Below are positions 25,028 through 25,367 of a stretch of DNA of 25,367 nt, piece after piece. The notes beneath the pieces are model-generated. The model did not search any database and was not told where the DNA came from. It worked only from the letters and a program-made list of their open reading frames with translations. The first letter of the stretch is position 1. The number at the start of each line of letters is the position of its first letter. Position numbers and translations under genes: made by a program. Source of the stretch: a virus (taxonomy: Duplodnaviria; Caudoviricetes); the IMG/VR virus record IMGVR_UViG_3300017653_000011, positions 1-25,367 of that record. The stretch is one strand, 5' to 3'.

Positions 25028-25365
25028 CAGCCATCTCCCGTAGGTTGGGATGGTCCGTCGGGCAGCGGCATCCAGTGCGTCGGGTAGGCGGCGGTCCCGA
25101 AAGAAATAGCTGCGTCGTCGGGTGTATCCTCAGTTCGATAGTAGATTCCAGGCTCCCCGCACTCCCAGCCCAGGAAGTCCTTTCCATCCTTTGGCGCTGT
25201 CTCGATTGGCTGCACCAGCTGTGCCGCCACCTGCTTGTAGTGCTTGTTCTCGGCCATCACGATGGCATGGGCGGATTCGGTGCGGCGGAGGTCCTCGCGG
25301 AGGCGCTGGATTTCTTCAGCCGCCTGCCGGAAGCAGTCCGCCCCCTTCAGGGTGTACCAGCCGCG
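25027..25365 (-). CDS. DUF551-like protein (5' end outside window)
   Basis: QPIETAPKDG and PTHWMPLP motifs; the frame stays open to the window end (...RQAAEEIQRLREDL...). Confidence 0.75.
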   Translation of the reverse strand, partial: RGWYTLKGADCFRQAAEEIQRLREDLRRTESAHAIVMAENKHYKQVAAQLVQPIETAPKDGKDFLGWECGEPGIYYRTEDTPDDAAISFGTAAYPTHWMPLPDGPSQPTGDG

Positions 25366-25367
25366 AA

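Overview
About 25 kb of a GC-rich temperate podovirus-like (P22/lambdoid-organised) phage, apparently in its excised form. The left end (+ strand) has two early genes, a DUF4224-type xis-like gene and a tyrosine integrase. These are followed by the 3' half of a tRNA-Asn(GTT) flanked by TTAGAG repeats (probable attP) and accessory genes, including a P63C-domain protein with twin operators. The rest is one long - strand late operon: Q-like antiterminator, pR'-like promoter and terminator, TerS/TerL, portal, scaffold, major capsid, decoration proteins, adaptor, tail hub, GNAT, three ejection-type proteins with a PAPS-reductase-family enzyme inserted among them, short tail genes and lysis genes. 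Two small + strand moron loci interrupt it. Most notable: (i) a 138-nt tRNA-shaped non-coding element just after the capsid genes, (ii) a GNAT / ejection protein / Fe-S PP-loop enzyme cluster, translationally coupled, suggesting enzymatic modification of injected proteins or DNA, (iii) a tail gene that must start at ATT, and (iv) a small moron protein with a PagL-like HxS motif. All family assignments come from motif recognition and gene order; no database searches were run.
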